Positions 1 through 12,235 of a stretch of 64,000 nucleotides of DNA are shown here, in pieces; within the stretch, counting starts at the first letter, position 1; every line of letters begins with the position of its first letter. A program made the translations under genes and the position numbers. Below the pieces are notes generated by a model. That model did no database searches, was not told where the DNA came from, and was given only the letters and a program-made list of their open reading frames with translations. The stretch is from Curvularia clavata (Eukaryota), in assembly GCA_023920165.1 (NCBI GenBank), contig CP089278.1, positions 1-64,000 of the forward strand, written 5' to 3'.

Positions 1-53
1 GTTACGTATTGCTAAGGTTAAAGAACGACTTCCATACTCGTGTGACAGCACCT
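1..53 (+). other. Oxford Nanopore ligation adapter end plus native barcode (technical artefact)
   Basis: GTTACGTATTGCT (1-13, adapter 3' end), AAGGTTAA (14-21, flank), AGAACGACTTCCATACTCGTGTGA (22-45, recalled as barcode 13), CAGCACCT (46-53, flank). Confidence 0.93.
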
Positions 54-60
54 CCCCCCC

Positions 61-150
61 CCCTAACCCTAACCCTAACCCTAACCCTAACCCTAACCCT
101 AACCCTAACCCTAACCCTAACCCTAACCCTAACCCTAACCCTAACCCTAA
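61..150. repeat. Telomeric repeat (CCCTAA)15
   Basis: 15 perfect CCCTAA units preceded by a short C run; the C-rich strand at the 5' end indicates a left chromosome end. Confidence 0.98.
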
Positions 151-164
151 CTGCCCTGTTCATC

Positions 165-320
165 TTCTACCACTCGTTCCGCCGGCGGCTCCTTTTTTAT
201 GGGAAATGGGGGGCTCTTCTATCTTGTCCCTTCTGCCATTTATTCTGCCGGTGGCTCCCTTTTTACAGGAAATGGGGGGCTCTTCTGTCTTGTCCTTTCT
301 ACCACTCGTTCCGCCGGCGG
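165..320. repeat. 66-bp telomere-adjacent tandem repeat, about 2.4 copies
   Basis: Unit TTCTACCACTCGTTCCGCCGGCGG...GGAAATGGGGGGCTCTTCT.TCTTGTCC starts at 165, 231 and 297. Confidence 0.85.
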
Positions 321-735
321 CCTATTCTTGTAGGTAATGGATTTCTCTTTTACTTACTCTATACCTATTTATCTTTTCTCTATTAATATTATCTATTTTC
401 CGTAATTTACTACTATTTATATAAATAATCTACTAAATTAGTAAACTTTAGTTATTAACTACGCTTAGTAGCTTAATACTCTTTTCTTTCTTTCTTAAAA
501 TAATTTCTTTACTACTCTTCTATACAAATAATCTAGCTTAGCTTATTCCTTTTAATCCCTCCCTATCGCTTCTTCTCACTCCCCCACCGCACCTACGCCT
601 TAAATACCCCCCTAATCTCCTCTAAGTCTATACAAAACTCTAGCCCCCTATCCTCCTTAATCGCCTACTCTATTACTTCCTATACTGCTAACCCTACTTT
701 TATTAACCCAACAATAAATACCTTACTAAGTACCC

Positions 736-3700
736 CTAAATACTAATACTAAACCTCTTTCTGCTTTTAATATCCCCCCCTCTATATATTAAACCTAAAG
801 CTCTCACATACTGCCTGCGGCAGCTAGCACCCATAGTAGTATAAATATAGCATAACCTACTAGTTATCCTGCAGCATCTTAAGTCCCTAAAGCCCTTTTT
901 TAGCTCCTTCCTCCTTACAGTCCTCCCACTTATACTCCCGCCTATCTCTTCCACTCGCTACACACCACTAACACCCTGACCCCCACTTTTTTATCACCCT
1001 AACTAGCTCTTCTATCTCTATCGCATTACGATACTGCCGCTCCGCTTCCACTATTTCTACCTACTGCCGCTGCCGTCCTTGCTGCTCAAACCCTAACCGC
1101 AGTCCTATCTCTTCTCTATCTTCCTCGTCTTCGTCTTCTCCCCCCCCTCTCTCCTCCTCCTCCTCCTCCTCTTCATCACTACTCTCCCACCGGCACCGCT
1201 GATATGCTACCTCATCCTCCTTACACATCCCCCGCTCCTCTCTATCTATTACCCAGTCAAGTACTGCCCGTATATACCCTAAGCCCTCGATAAATAACTA
1301 CATATCCTCTTCTACCTCTCCCCCCCCTGCTCTTATAAATATCTTCTTTCTCCCTCTCATCTAATATCCCTGCATGATAATCGCCTCGCTCTTCTCTCTA
1401 TCTCGTCCCGCCCATCCACTCTCCTGTGTATACTGCCGCATCTCTTGCACCCCTTCTACATGTACTACAGCCTAGATTCTTGGTGCGTCTACTTCTAGTC
1501 CTAACGTATTCGTTGCTGTAAACACTTGCTGCTGCCCACTCGTCAACGCCCGTACAATCTTCTTCTTCTCCTCTACTGTGCCTACTTCCTGGTAGTAATA
1601 CGCCGCCCCTAGTACTCTGCCTATCTACTTTGTCCGTGCGATCGTCCTATAGTACACAATTATCTGCCCTGGCAGCGGGTATCTCTTTTTCAACTTCTCC
1701 ACCAATCCCACAACTACCTTCTCCTCTTCCTCTGCCTTATACTTATGCACAGCATACCAGATGTTCTTGCGTGTCGTCTGCCCCCGGAACCAGTAGCACT
1801 TGCTCTTGTCAGGCAGTCCTATTACATCTAAAAACTGCTTCTCCTCCTTCGGCCGAAGCGTCGCTGTTAAATACACTATCTGCGTCTCCATCTAGAGCAG
1901 CTGTCGCAGTCCTAGTAGCCGGCTGCGGAATCCCTTGAGTGAGTCTAGTATTGAGTGACATTCATCAATCACAATCTGATCTAGCCGCCCTATCGACCGC
2001 TCCCGATTGATGTAATGCCTAAATGTCTCTCCTACCGCCGCTTCCGGCGTCACAAACATAATCTGCACGCTCCTATACAGACGCCGGCTATCCCACTTCC
2101 CACTAATAATCCCTAGCTCGTCATACCGTGTCTTTATATCAAATCGTAGTGCCACCAACAGCACTACTACAATCATAACCCCTGTCGACACTGATGCTGG
2201 TAGTATAAACAGCACGCTCTTACCAGCCCTAGTCCTCATAATTACTACTACGGGACTCTTATACCGCATAATCGCCTGCATCGCTGGCCGCTGTACACTG
2301 CGAAACTGCGCCTTACATCCCAGCAGCCGCTGCAGCTCACTGTCCACGTCCACCAGCCGCATCATCTTCTACCGCCGGTACTCCTCCTCCAACGCCTCCC
2401 TGCGCGCCTTGACAGCTAGCGGGCTCCGTTGCAGCAGCCGTAGCTTCTTCTCCTGCGCAGACGGGAGCTCTAAAAACCTGTGCCACTTGCTACTTGCTAC
2501 CCGGAACATAAACTGACAGGACCCGACACTAAATATAGCCTCATTCAGCGACCGTCTATAAATCGCACTAGAGACGCTAGTACTATACCCTATCTGCAAG
2601 TCAAATGCCTCGTCCTCTTCTTCGGATACCCTGTCTTCGTCTATGTCTAAGTATGCCTTACGCGCCTTAGGGTTCTAAATATACCGACGCCATATCGTCT
2701 TACATACATGCCGCTACCTAATTATATTTAGTTTAACGCTTATATACTGTAACGACGCCTTTTATATCTTAAGCTTAAGTCAGTTCGTATTCTACTGCTT
2801 ACTAGCAGGCTGCTAGTTAGTACGTATTCTACCCTCCTCTTCCCCATCTCGCTCTCCCTCCTCTTTACTAACCCCCTCACCCTTCTCGTCTGGCGTCTCC
2901 CTCTATACTATAGTCTTTACCCGGCTCGCTTTTCCTACTCTTCTTATGCCCTATAAGTCTGCACTACGCTTGCGTCCTCGTGTGGGTTCTTGCTAGCGCC
3001 GCTCGGGCTGTGGCTCCTATATATACCCACTCTCCTCCTCCGCCTCCCTCCACGCCGCCACTACCAGTCGCTGCCAAAATGGGCGGCAAAACCACAAGTA
3101 AAATACTACTAATTCGCCTACTTCACGCGGAACGTACTAGTGGATCATCTTGCTCTGCCCACTCTGCGTAATATTTTTGTGATATGTTGTCACAAAAACC
3201 ACCGCACTATCTTCGATAAAAATTCTACAACTATTCCCCTGTATATTATTTTGAAAACGGATCGTTAGTAACTTACTACTACGTGGTGGCGCACCTCCTG
3301 TTATATATATAAGTACTGCAAGTGCGTGGCGCGCTTGTTGTATCGCTTGGTAGTATGCCCAGATCCGCTCCTTCACCCACACCAGCCTACCACCCCCCGC
3401 TAGCGCCACACGCGACGCAGTAACATCCGCAAACTCGTATCGCAGTCGCTTCTCCTGCTGGATACGTCCTAGTAGCCAGCACTTGGGGTCTCCTACACTA
3501 GTAGCCTGGCGGTTACGTGCGTCTTCTATAAAACTCCACCCAGCCTATTGCGCAGCCGCATTGTCCACCAGCTTGTCCCAGTAAATAGCGGGACATGGCG
3601 TCGTCTCGGGCACCACCTCGCCCTCGCTGTCTAGCTGTAGCAGTAGTAGCTGTTTCAGCATGTCCTGCCGCGTGCTAGCAATTATGCCGTGCACCATTGT

Positions 3701-5341
3701 CCGCAGCTGCGCCATGCTAAACTGGATCTGCCTATACAACAACGTGTCGCCCACCCAGTCCACCACGCCCTCGGCATTCGTCGTGTACCGGATCTTGAAG
3801 CTAAATGCTCGCAGCCGCAAAATGGCGTCCATAGGCGTCGGCTGCCCATTATAGTCCGTCAGCGCCATGAACCGGTAGCACATGTCCTGCACCAGCTCAA
3901 AATGGGTTGCTGCCGTCGTGCTGGCCGTGTCTTCGCTGTATCCCCCAACTACTAGCTTGTTAATCTGGGTATTGCGCTCTTTGTGTGCTTGGTACAGCAC
4001 CAGCATGCGCGATATGCTGACTATAGCCGACTGCTTGGGGGTATACATAAGCGGATCCAGCCATGCCCTGTCCGTACTGACACCCAACACAGCCATACCA
4101 CTAATCAAGCCGCTCTCATACTCGCTGCTGGCCAGTTTATAATCCAACAGCGCAAGCATGAATGCAAGCACTTGGTCCTGCAACGCCTCGGCGTCTTCTG
4201 CATCCAGCGGCTCGTCTTCACTGTTACTGTCCCCGTGGCTGCCCCCCAGCTCTATGCTCCGCGCTGCGTGAGCTGCCTCCTCTTCTGGGCTGTACCCAGT
4301 CAAATCCTGCATCTCCTCTAAGCACGCCTTTTGCTCTCGCGTCAAGCGGTACGCTAGGCGTCTGCCCTGCACTTCATTGCTGGAATCTGGCGGGACGATG
4401 GGTAGCTTGTACGTCCGCCAGATGTACGCAATAACCTAGAGCCATACAGTGCGATACTTCTTTATCGTTGGCTCTATCTAGCTTGCATTGAACGGCTTTT
4501 CGTTGCTGTTCGTCCTATACTCGCGCCGGTTGATGTGCATCATGGCGGGCATGCCTACTACCTCTGAGTGGGATATCTGCTGTGCCCTCCAAATCACCAT
4601 CTCAGCAGCCTAGCACACATCCTGTAGTGCCCTTTCGTGGTAGCCGGGTGTATGTGCCATGTCTAGTAGCTATAGTCGGTCTAGTCCCTTCAAGTGCTGT
4701 TTCCAGCCGGCCCGGTTGAGCCATGACTAGTATCCCCACCGGCTGCTGTCTTCTTCAATGATGTTGCGGGGGTTTCTGCTTTCTACTATCTGGTCAAGCT
4801 GTAGTACGGACGCAGCTAGTGCATGCCTTAGCTGCGTCTCCTCCTCATCGCTGTCTGCTGGCTCAGCGGGTGCAGCGCCCTGGACTTCAAACAGCCGGCC
4901 CAGCGTGCTGGTGTTCTGGAACTTCTGGCACATGACAGTCGCCCACTTAGACCGCGTACTAGATGGTCGCCCTAGCGTCTTCTGGCGTGGGTAGATCCAG
5001 CTGTGCTGCTTTGAACCATGCTCCTAAATACGCTTCTCACTCCGATTGATATACCCACACTCTCGGCACTTCAAGCCGTCTATGTACACGGGCAAATGGG
5101 GCAGCGGCGCAGCATCTGGGCGTGGAAACATGACCTAGTCTGCACTATCGGCCCAGTTGCGCAGCCATGGCTCCTGGCTGGTGGCTTGTACTATGCTGCG
5201 CCGTGTGTGGGGAGCTAGCTCCTGGTGTTTAGTGTCTAAGTGGGTGCGCAGCTGCGATTTTACGACGCCTTGCTTATGGCTCTTGCATATCGCTATGCAA
5301 TGTGTAGGCAAATATACAAAAATCTCTCTAAATAGATCCAT
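736..5341 (-). pseudogene. Telomere-linked RecQ-family helicase (TLH), RIP-inactivated
   Basis: Collinear ORF fragments: N-terminal C2H2-like region (IAICKSHK...LRTHLDTKH), helicase motifs FRSVQRPAM, decayed Walker A MRTRAGKS, VTPE, IVIDECH, LTATL, QIIVY. Many TAG/TAA stops. Transcribed toward the telomere. The 3' end is approximate. Confidence 0.88.
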
Positions 5342-5675
5342 AGTAGTCAGTAATCACAGTATAAGCAACGTTGTGGGTGCTGCGTAGTAGTGAATTGTTA
5401 GCTATTTACATTTCTGTTTGTTTCAGTTAGTTATCCAACGTTACCCCGGTTCTCTTAGCAACAGCGTTGCTGGGGCCAAGCTATTGTCCAAATCTCACGC
5501 AACGACTAGTAGAAGAAAGATACCTGGGGGGTATCTAGAAAACTTTCCACAATACCCCCATCTAGCGTCGTTATTATATCCTATTACACTGCTATTAAGG
5601 AGAAAGTAATAGTGGGGAGAGTCGGGAGAGAGCAACAGTTGCCCTGACACCAGCCTCCCTAGTGGGGGGTCGCGC

Positions 5676-5906
5676 TGTTGAGTGTGCTACAGAATCCAGG
5701 TGCTCGATCATACCTGGATTCTGTAACCCCAGCTAATTAGAACTAAGCGCCAAGACCTACTCTAGGCGAGGTTAATACTCAGCCACCTACCTAATACAAA
5801 AAGCAATAGCAATAGCGCTTATAAGGTAGCGCGCCTACGTGCTGCTAGAAGACAAAATAATTAATACAATCTTCCCTACTATCAATTATCACAGTCTTTT
5901 ATCACA
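5676..5906 (+). mobile_element. Degenerate LTR-like relic
   Basis: Starts TGTTG, contains the AGAATCCAGGTG..ACCTGGATTCT hairpin shared with the TSD-bounded solo LTR at 10281-10635, and ends near TATCACA. No TSD found. Confidence 0.45.
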
Positions 5907-7036
5907 GTAATCCAAAAACCAACTCTTAATTAAAAAAACCTTAAGTAAGTAAAAAAGTAAGTAAAAAGCAAGTCCTTTAACTCCTTTTAGAAACTGTTGT
6001 ATATTAGTAACCCCTTATTCCCCCTCTTACATCCGCCTTAGCTAGTCATTATGTTTCTAGCCTAGAAACTCTTGAGCCACCTCACGAACCATATGTGGAA
6101 GTACTAGCCATAGCGGACTTAGAAGAAAGAACAGCTAAGAATCAAGATAGTGCGTAAGACAATCTCCCTCTAGACAGCAACCCTCATCGTCAATCTAGAT
6201 GCGACAGTACTTAAAGTAGGTAGTTGGCGAAGTCTTAGTACAGCCATTCTGTACGTCTCTAGGCGACCTAACTTAAGATTAATTTTAACTTTTTAAGAGA
6301 GGAAATATAAAGAAGATAGATACTCAAGAAAGTCGATATAGCCATCAAGCTAGAAAGCAGCTAAAAAGAAAATAGCCTTCTTTAGATAGATTTTGTAGAC
6401 ATCTCCAGCTATCTCAGTATCACCACCATTCTCTACTAGATTGATAGCGGGAATGTCTAGAAGTCGGTAGATAGCCTCTTAGAACTAGAGAACTATTAGT
6501 ATACTATTCTTTTTAGTATAGAAGAGCAACTTACTACAGCAGCGTAAATAGCAATATCAAGAGCGTCTGGAGTTGAGCTGTACACCTTATAATAGTAGTC
6601 CCGACACTCTTTATAATTAAACCAGCTTAGAAGGAGATAGCCACAATCAGAAATAGCTATAGTAGAATCGTATCTAAGTAGAAGTTAGTAGCCAGTCTAA
6701 GAGTAGAGAGGTAAAAGATTACAGATAGCACTTAGCCAGACTTTCTTTTTTGCTAGTCGCTTTTTTTTTATTACAGTCGTAGATTAAAGCGAAGCTCTCA
6801 AGTCGAGTTTTAAAAGTAGGTCGGCAGGCTTAATTAATAGGAATTTAGAGAATGTTTTGAAATATATAGAACTATCATATTTAGAATATTAAATTATCCT
6901 TAGAGATTTAATACATACATTACAGACCAGCTTTTCCCATTTCAAACGCTCATTTTGACGTGATATAAGCAGCTAAACGTCTCTTACTTTCTCTCACCTT
7001 AAACGCTTATTTTCACTAAGTCCATCAGAAGGGGCC

Positions 7037-7420
7037 TTTGACTGGTTTGACTGGTTTGACTGGTTTGACTGGTTTGACTGGTTTGACTGGTTTGACTGGT
7101 TTGACTGGTTTGACTGGTTTGACTGGTTTGACTGGTTTGACTGCCTTGACTGGCTTGACTGGTTTGGCTGGTTTAACTGGTTTGACAGGTTTGGCTGGTT
7201 TAACTGGTTTGACAGGTTTGGCTGGTTTGACTGAGTCCAAAAAGGGGCCTTTGACTGACTTTGAACAGCATTGGCTAGTTTGACTGGTTTGACCAAGTCC
7301 AAAAAGGGGCTTTTGACTGACCTTGACTGATTTAACTGGTTTGACTGGTTTGACTGAGTCCAAAAAGATGTCTTTAGCTAACTTTAACTAATTTAACTAG
7401 TTTAACTAAGTCTAAAAGGG
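7037..7420. repeat. 9-bp minisatellite (TTTGACTGG)n with higher-order units
   Basis: Near-perfect 9-mer array from 7037 to about 7230, then units punctuated by GTCCAAAAAGGGGC, increasingly G>A/C>T decayed toward 7420. Confidence 0.92.
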
Positions 7421-8678
7421 TGCCTTTAGCTAGTTTTATAGATTTTAAATGAGCCCTAAATAATACCTTTAGCTTATTTTGATAAGTATTAACTAGTATT
7501 ATATCACACGACGTCAATATAGATATAGAAGGCAGCTCTCAAGACTCTATTAGAGACCCCTCAGGCTAACAGCACTTAAGGAACGTGCAGTATATAAACC
7601 TAATCTAACCTCTTAAAGATTCGTCTTAATACTATCTTTAATATATTTATTTCTATCTACTCAGCCTCTTATATATTGCTGCTACGTAGCAGTAAATAGA
7701 TCGCTGTTTATATTTCTACTTGTTTTGGTTGCTCTGCTGACACAAATCTAGTCGTACGACGTTGCTCTAGTGTACAAAACCCTAATTCTGGGGTTAAGGT
7801 TAACTTGGGGTTAAGCCCTAACCCTACCCTACCCCGGGGCACGGGCCATATCAGCGAACACCAACTTTCTATTCTACTTCATCAAATATCTCGCGCTATA
7901 GCTGTCGCATCGTTATAAAAAGTAGCTCATTAAAATCACACGGGTTTTCTGGATCTATAGTGGAAGTTGCATGAGTTTTAAGCGCTGTTCCGACCTTAAT
8001 CCCAGCGCCTATGTAAATCTACAGGATTAAGGTCTGCAAACTCGCCAAGAAATCTGGGATTAAGGTCGATTTCGACCTTAATCCTGTCGGGGATTGATGA
8101 TAGGGTTTCCAATAGGTATCTCGTTCCGCTGGCTAACAAAGAGATACGATACAAGTGCTATGATAGCTAATGATATTGTGGCAACTATGGGAAAAGTCTG
8201 TTTCAGCGTAGTGAACGATGGCTCAGAAAGAAAATGAGGAGTATCTGATGAGAGTGGAATCGACATATTGAAAGACAGTAAGAACATCAATATCTTTATT
8301 GCTAATTGTACTGTGGATTTTACAGACTATATATATTATACATTTTTTGAAAACCTTTTAGATTGCCCGTTTCCAAAAACGATACGGACCTGGTAGTATC
8401 CCAGCCGGTGAAATTGGAATATATTGCGGATAGCGGATATTCTAGAAGCCGAACACCTGACATAGAAGTCCTTGCCAATATCAAGACTTAGCCAAGCAGA
8501 GTGTACAAGGTGACCAGCGGAAGTTGAGGCAGTAGGGCGGTGGCAAAACTCGGGATCATGTAATATACGTTATCAGACGAAAGGTTTCAATATATTATAT
8601 GCCCGCCTTAAGCAGTAATTACAGCCTTGTTACGGCGTTAGCAGAGATAGCAACGGACCAGCCGTTTCCAGGTGTAGG

Positions 8679-8996
8679 TGTAACGAGGTTACAACACTGC
8701 CAAGTATCGGACCCGTCCCGGAGTTGGGTCGGAGCAGATATCCGCCGCCCCCTTCAGCAGTCAATTATTCTTAAGTCGGATCCGACTTGGATCCGACTAA
8801 GGACGGGTATTTATTGAGATACCTCCTGTAGCTAGCTCTGTAGACTTTTTATATCCTTTTATATAAGGCCTATAGGTGTCTATTCGAATTAAGGCTCGTT
8901 TGATGTCCCACGCACTCCCATACGCCTCTGAGTGACACTACCGTCAATACTGATCCGAGTAGTCTTGCCTGCGCCGTTACAGCCTGCGCCGTTACA
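8679..8996. mobile_element. Solo LTR
   Basis: TGTAACG...CGTTACA termini; 5-bp TSD GTAGG (8674-8678, 8997-9001). Confidence 0.85.
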
Positions 8997-9567
8997 GTAG
9001 GAGGCCGGAAATCCCTGGGTGGCTGCTATGTTAGCTAGCGCTGTAACACTTCTCTATCTACTTGGCGCTAAGTTATAATAGTCTACTAGACCTCTTTTTT
9101 AGAGTAAGAGGAAGTTGAACTACGTTTAAGATCTGCTTGATAGAGAAACTAAGCTACTTTTTAATGAACTTGTATAAATAGCTAGCAACGTGTAGTATTT
9201 CAAGCTAGAGTCGCTCGTCGCGGGTAAGGTAATAATAGTGACGCAGGGTAGATAGAGGTATTACAAATATATAGTAAGAGGACACATAGCCTAAAGCTTT
9301 AGTTTTGAAAGAGATTAAGACGTAATATTACTGTGTTACAGAGGTTTTGATCCATCCGAAGTCTGACCGAACAAAATCTCACTATTTGCTCCACTGCCCC
9401 TACTTCCGCTGGTTACCCAGTACCACCGTACAACCTCACTAGTCTGAACAACCTGATAATGATTCTCAGATTTAGCTTCGATAATTGACACAGCATCATA
9501 AGTCCGCAAAATCGCCAAGCAGGTCGGATGTTGGGTACCTCCATCTCTTGCTAAGTGAAACGTACTA

Positions 9568-9706
9568 AGGCCCGTCCCTACGTGCCGAAAACCCCCTGTG
9601 TTCTGAAAACAACCAATCGGATCGCGACAGTTAAAGAGAAGTCCGTGATTCTTGCGATCCGATTGGTTTCGGCACACAGGGTTTTTCGGCACTTAGGGAC
9701 GGGCCT
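9568..9706. mobile_element. MITE (139 bp, about 55-bp imperfect terminal inverted repeats)
   Basis: AGGCCCGTCCCTACGTGCCGAAAA...TTTTCGGCACTTAGGGACGGGCCT flanked by TA on both sides; inner arms AACCAATCGGATCGC/GCGATCCGATTGGTT. Confidence 0.8.
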
Positions 9707-9824
9707 TATTTAACCCCTGTTATTGTTTTCCACTTAAAGAGTACGGACGAATATTGGGCCTTTGCTATGCAAGGTGACAATAACCGCCATATTGGTTTCG
9801 TCAACCTTATGTATATACACATCT

Positions 9825-9830
<6 letters not shown>

Positions 9831-9879
<49 letters not shown>
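9831..9879. repeat. Compound (AC)n(AT)n microsatellite
   Basis: Read directly from the sequence. Confidence 0.95.
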
Positions 9880-10280
9880 ATTTATTTACGCCCGGTAGCT
9901 GCACTGAAAAGGCTACTATCGCTAATCTAACTTCATACTTCTTGTGCTACGTCTCTATTATATAGGGTTATGCTTATACTTCCCTAAGTCTTAGTCTAGA
10001 CTAGGGCGAGATTGTAAAGGACTAGGCTCCAGGAGCAGATTGTTACACGGGGCTGAGCTATACTGGCCTAGTCTCGGTCTGGGTTAGGGGGAGAAGATTA
10101 AAGCGATAAGCCGTGCGATTGTCTGGCCGTTCGTAGTGGACAGGAGTTATGGATGTTAACCGATTGTGAAACGACAATCAATTCTATAATAAAATAACCA
10201 AGTATCCATCTGTGTAACGTCCGTCGCTGTGGGTTGAACATCCCTCGGCAAGGAACCACCAACATTGCTCAAGCACGTTA

Positions 10281-10635
10281 TGTCAAAGTATGGGGTAGCT
10301 ACTTGTTCTACTAGTAGTAGACTCAGAGGTAGCTTAATCAAAGACTCAAGTGAGTAGTATATGCTAGGGGAGAGAGTTAATAGATACAATTGACTTTGTA
10401 TAAACTGCTCTGGTTTCTATCTACTAGCTATTCTACTACTATATATATTGGCTAGAGTAGATTCTAGAAGAATCTATCTAGTAGTAGCTTGCGTAATCTT
10501 TAGCGTCATAGACAGATGTCTATAGATCGATTATAGTCTTGATAGATCGACTATAGATTAAGTTGATTGTAGAATCCGGGTGTGACTGAGCACCCGGATT
10601 CTGTCGTAGAGTAGCTGAGTAGCTTATCTACAACA
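10281..10635. mobile_element. Solo LTR (355 bp)
   Basis: TGTCAAAG...CAACA termini; TSD CGTTA (10276-10280, 10636-10640); a second copy starts at 34684. Confidence 0.85.
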
Positions 10636-11994
10636 CGTTACACCTAAGTCGCAGAGATTCTTAAATATGATTGCATCTTTCTATGCTCTTTAGATCTACT
10701 TCTATCGACTGCAGGTTTTGAATAGCAAAATTACAGCAATCCAAAAAGAGCGCATGAATCTTTCGTGTTGAGCGTTAGAGCTTCAACAACAATATACCCC
10801 TGTTCTATCATGCATAGCAGCACTGCTTACTTATTCGGATACTCTATGAAATTCAAAGTAAGTTAAAGAACTTACAGCGATTCTGTAAGGATATGCAGCC
10901 TTTGCCCAGGTGTGCTCTGAGTTGTTCCGGTCTGTTGCAGCTCTGGTTCGCTTTTTGCGAGACTTTGTATGCTGACATAGCAGATTTTGAACGATTAGCG
11001 GCCTGAAATGTACTGTTACAAGCAACAAGAAGGATTCTCTCCTTGACAAGTGACGAGATGGCTGGAAGCCTACGGACGTCCACGTCAGAAGGTAATGATC
11101 ATCGCGGAGCTAGGTCACGTGATGTGCCATCTCTCCAAGAGCAACCATCCGAGGGATAGTATAACGCCTTAGGAAGGCAGCTATCCCTAACATTATAACT
11201 ATCCCTAGGAAAATTAGAACAGATAGAATAGTAGGACTAGAGATAATAAGGATATGTTAAGAGTCTAGCTCGAGTGTGTAAGGGGGCTGCGCTCTGTGGA
11301 ACAATCGCGAGGTATGCAAGAGGTTGTGTTCGATAGAGAGCTAAGTAATACTACTTGCATGGTATTTGTTTACTTATCGGAGGAAGGTTACGCCGAGCGT
11401 CTGAGCGCGTCTTCTGAGCATCGCTCGGGTTGTCTATAGATTCTGGGTGCTCCGTAGCACCCGGATTCTATAGACAACCCGAGGTCCCATCGAGGAGCTA
11501 TCCAAAGGGCGTTCAGCCGGTTATAGAGTAGAAGTAATATTAGACTTCTAGTATTAAGCTTCTTATTAGTTAGTTTTCGTAGATAGAGAGATATGTTACA
11601 TGAGGGTTGGCGCTGATACTTCTCTATCTCGATCCAGGTTAGGGCGAATAGGAATATGATCGGCTCCGTGAGGTTTGTATGGCGATGCAGTGGAGTGGGC
11701 ATGCTTATAGAATAGAAGATAACAGGTTGACAAATACCTAATCTATATTGCTATAGACTAACAAGAATCAGTCTTTCTATAGTAAAATGACTAGTGAGAA
11801 AGTACAATTTGAGTTGACCATGTAATGCGCTGCGCCCGTGAAAGTGAAAGCACGTGATTGTGTCACGTGTCTACGTTACACCACTTAGTTAGAACCTTAC
11901 TTGTACGAAGAACGTAGAAGCAAAGGTATAGCGAGAGAGACGTCGTAAGATAACTTTGCTCTCTTTATCTTCCTTCTTCTGTAGTATAGGCTAA

Positions 11995-12203
11995 TGTCAG
12001 GACCTGGTCCAAATTGGGACATGTTGGTCCAATTCCCTCCTTCTTCACGCTAGTTAGTTAGCTAGGGCTTACCTAAGGCTATAAAGCCTCCACGATCGCT
12101 AGAGGTGCTTGATAGCGATTCGTCTCGTGAATATATGGCTGTTAAAGCATAGTTCTCTCTCATCTATCTCGTGCTGTACCTTCACGCCACTAACAGTCTA
12201 ACA
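11995..12203 (+). repeat. 5' LTR
   Basis: TGTCAGGACC...GTCTAACA; TATAAA at 12080; four transition differences from the 3' LTR seen by eye. Confidence 0.95.
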
Positions 12204-12235
12204 TTCGAATCGCTCTCCTCAAGTACACCTACGAG

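Noticed and set aside
9..386. 125-aa ORF with LT repeats
   Set aside because: Translation of adapter plus telomere repeats.
5950..6950. AT-rich RIP-like tract, perhaps a TE coding relic
   Set aside because: Too degraded to assign by eye.
6994..7363. ORFs with PVK, SNQ or TGL repeats
   Set aside because: By-products of a stop-free 9-mer array, open in several frames with no unique domain.
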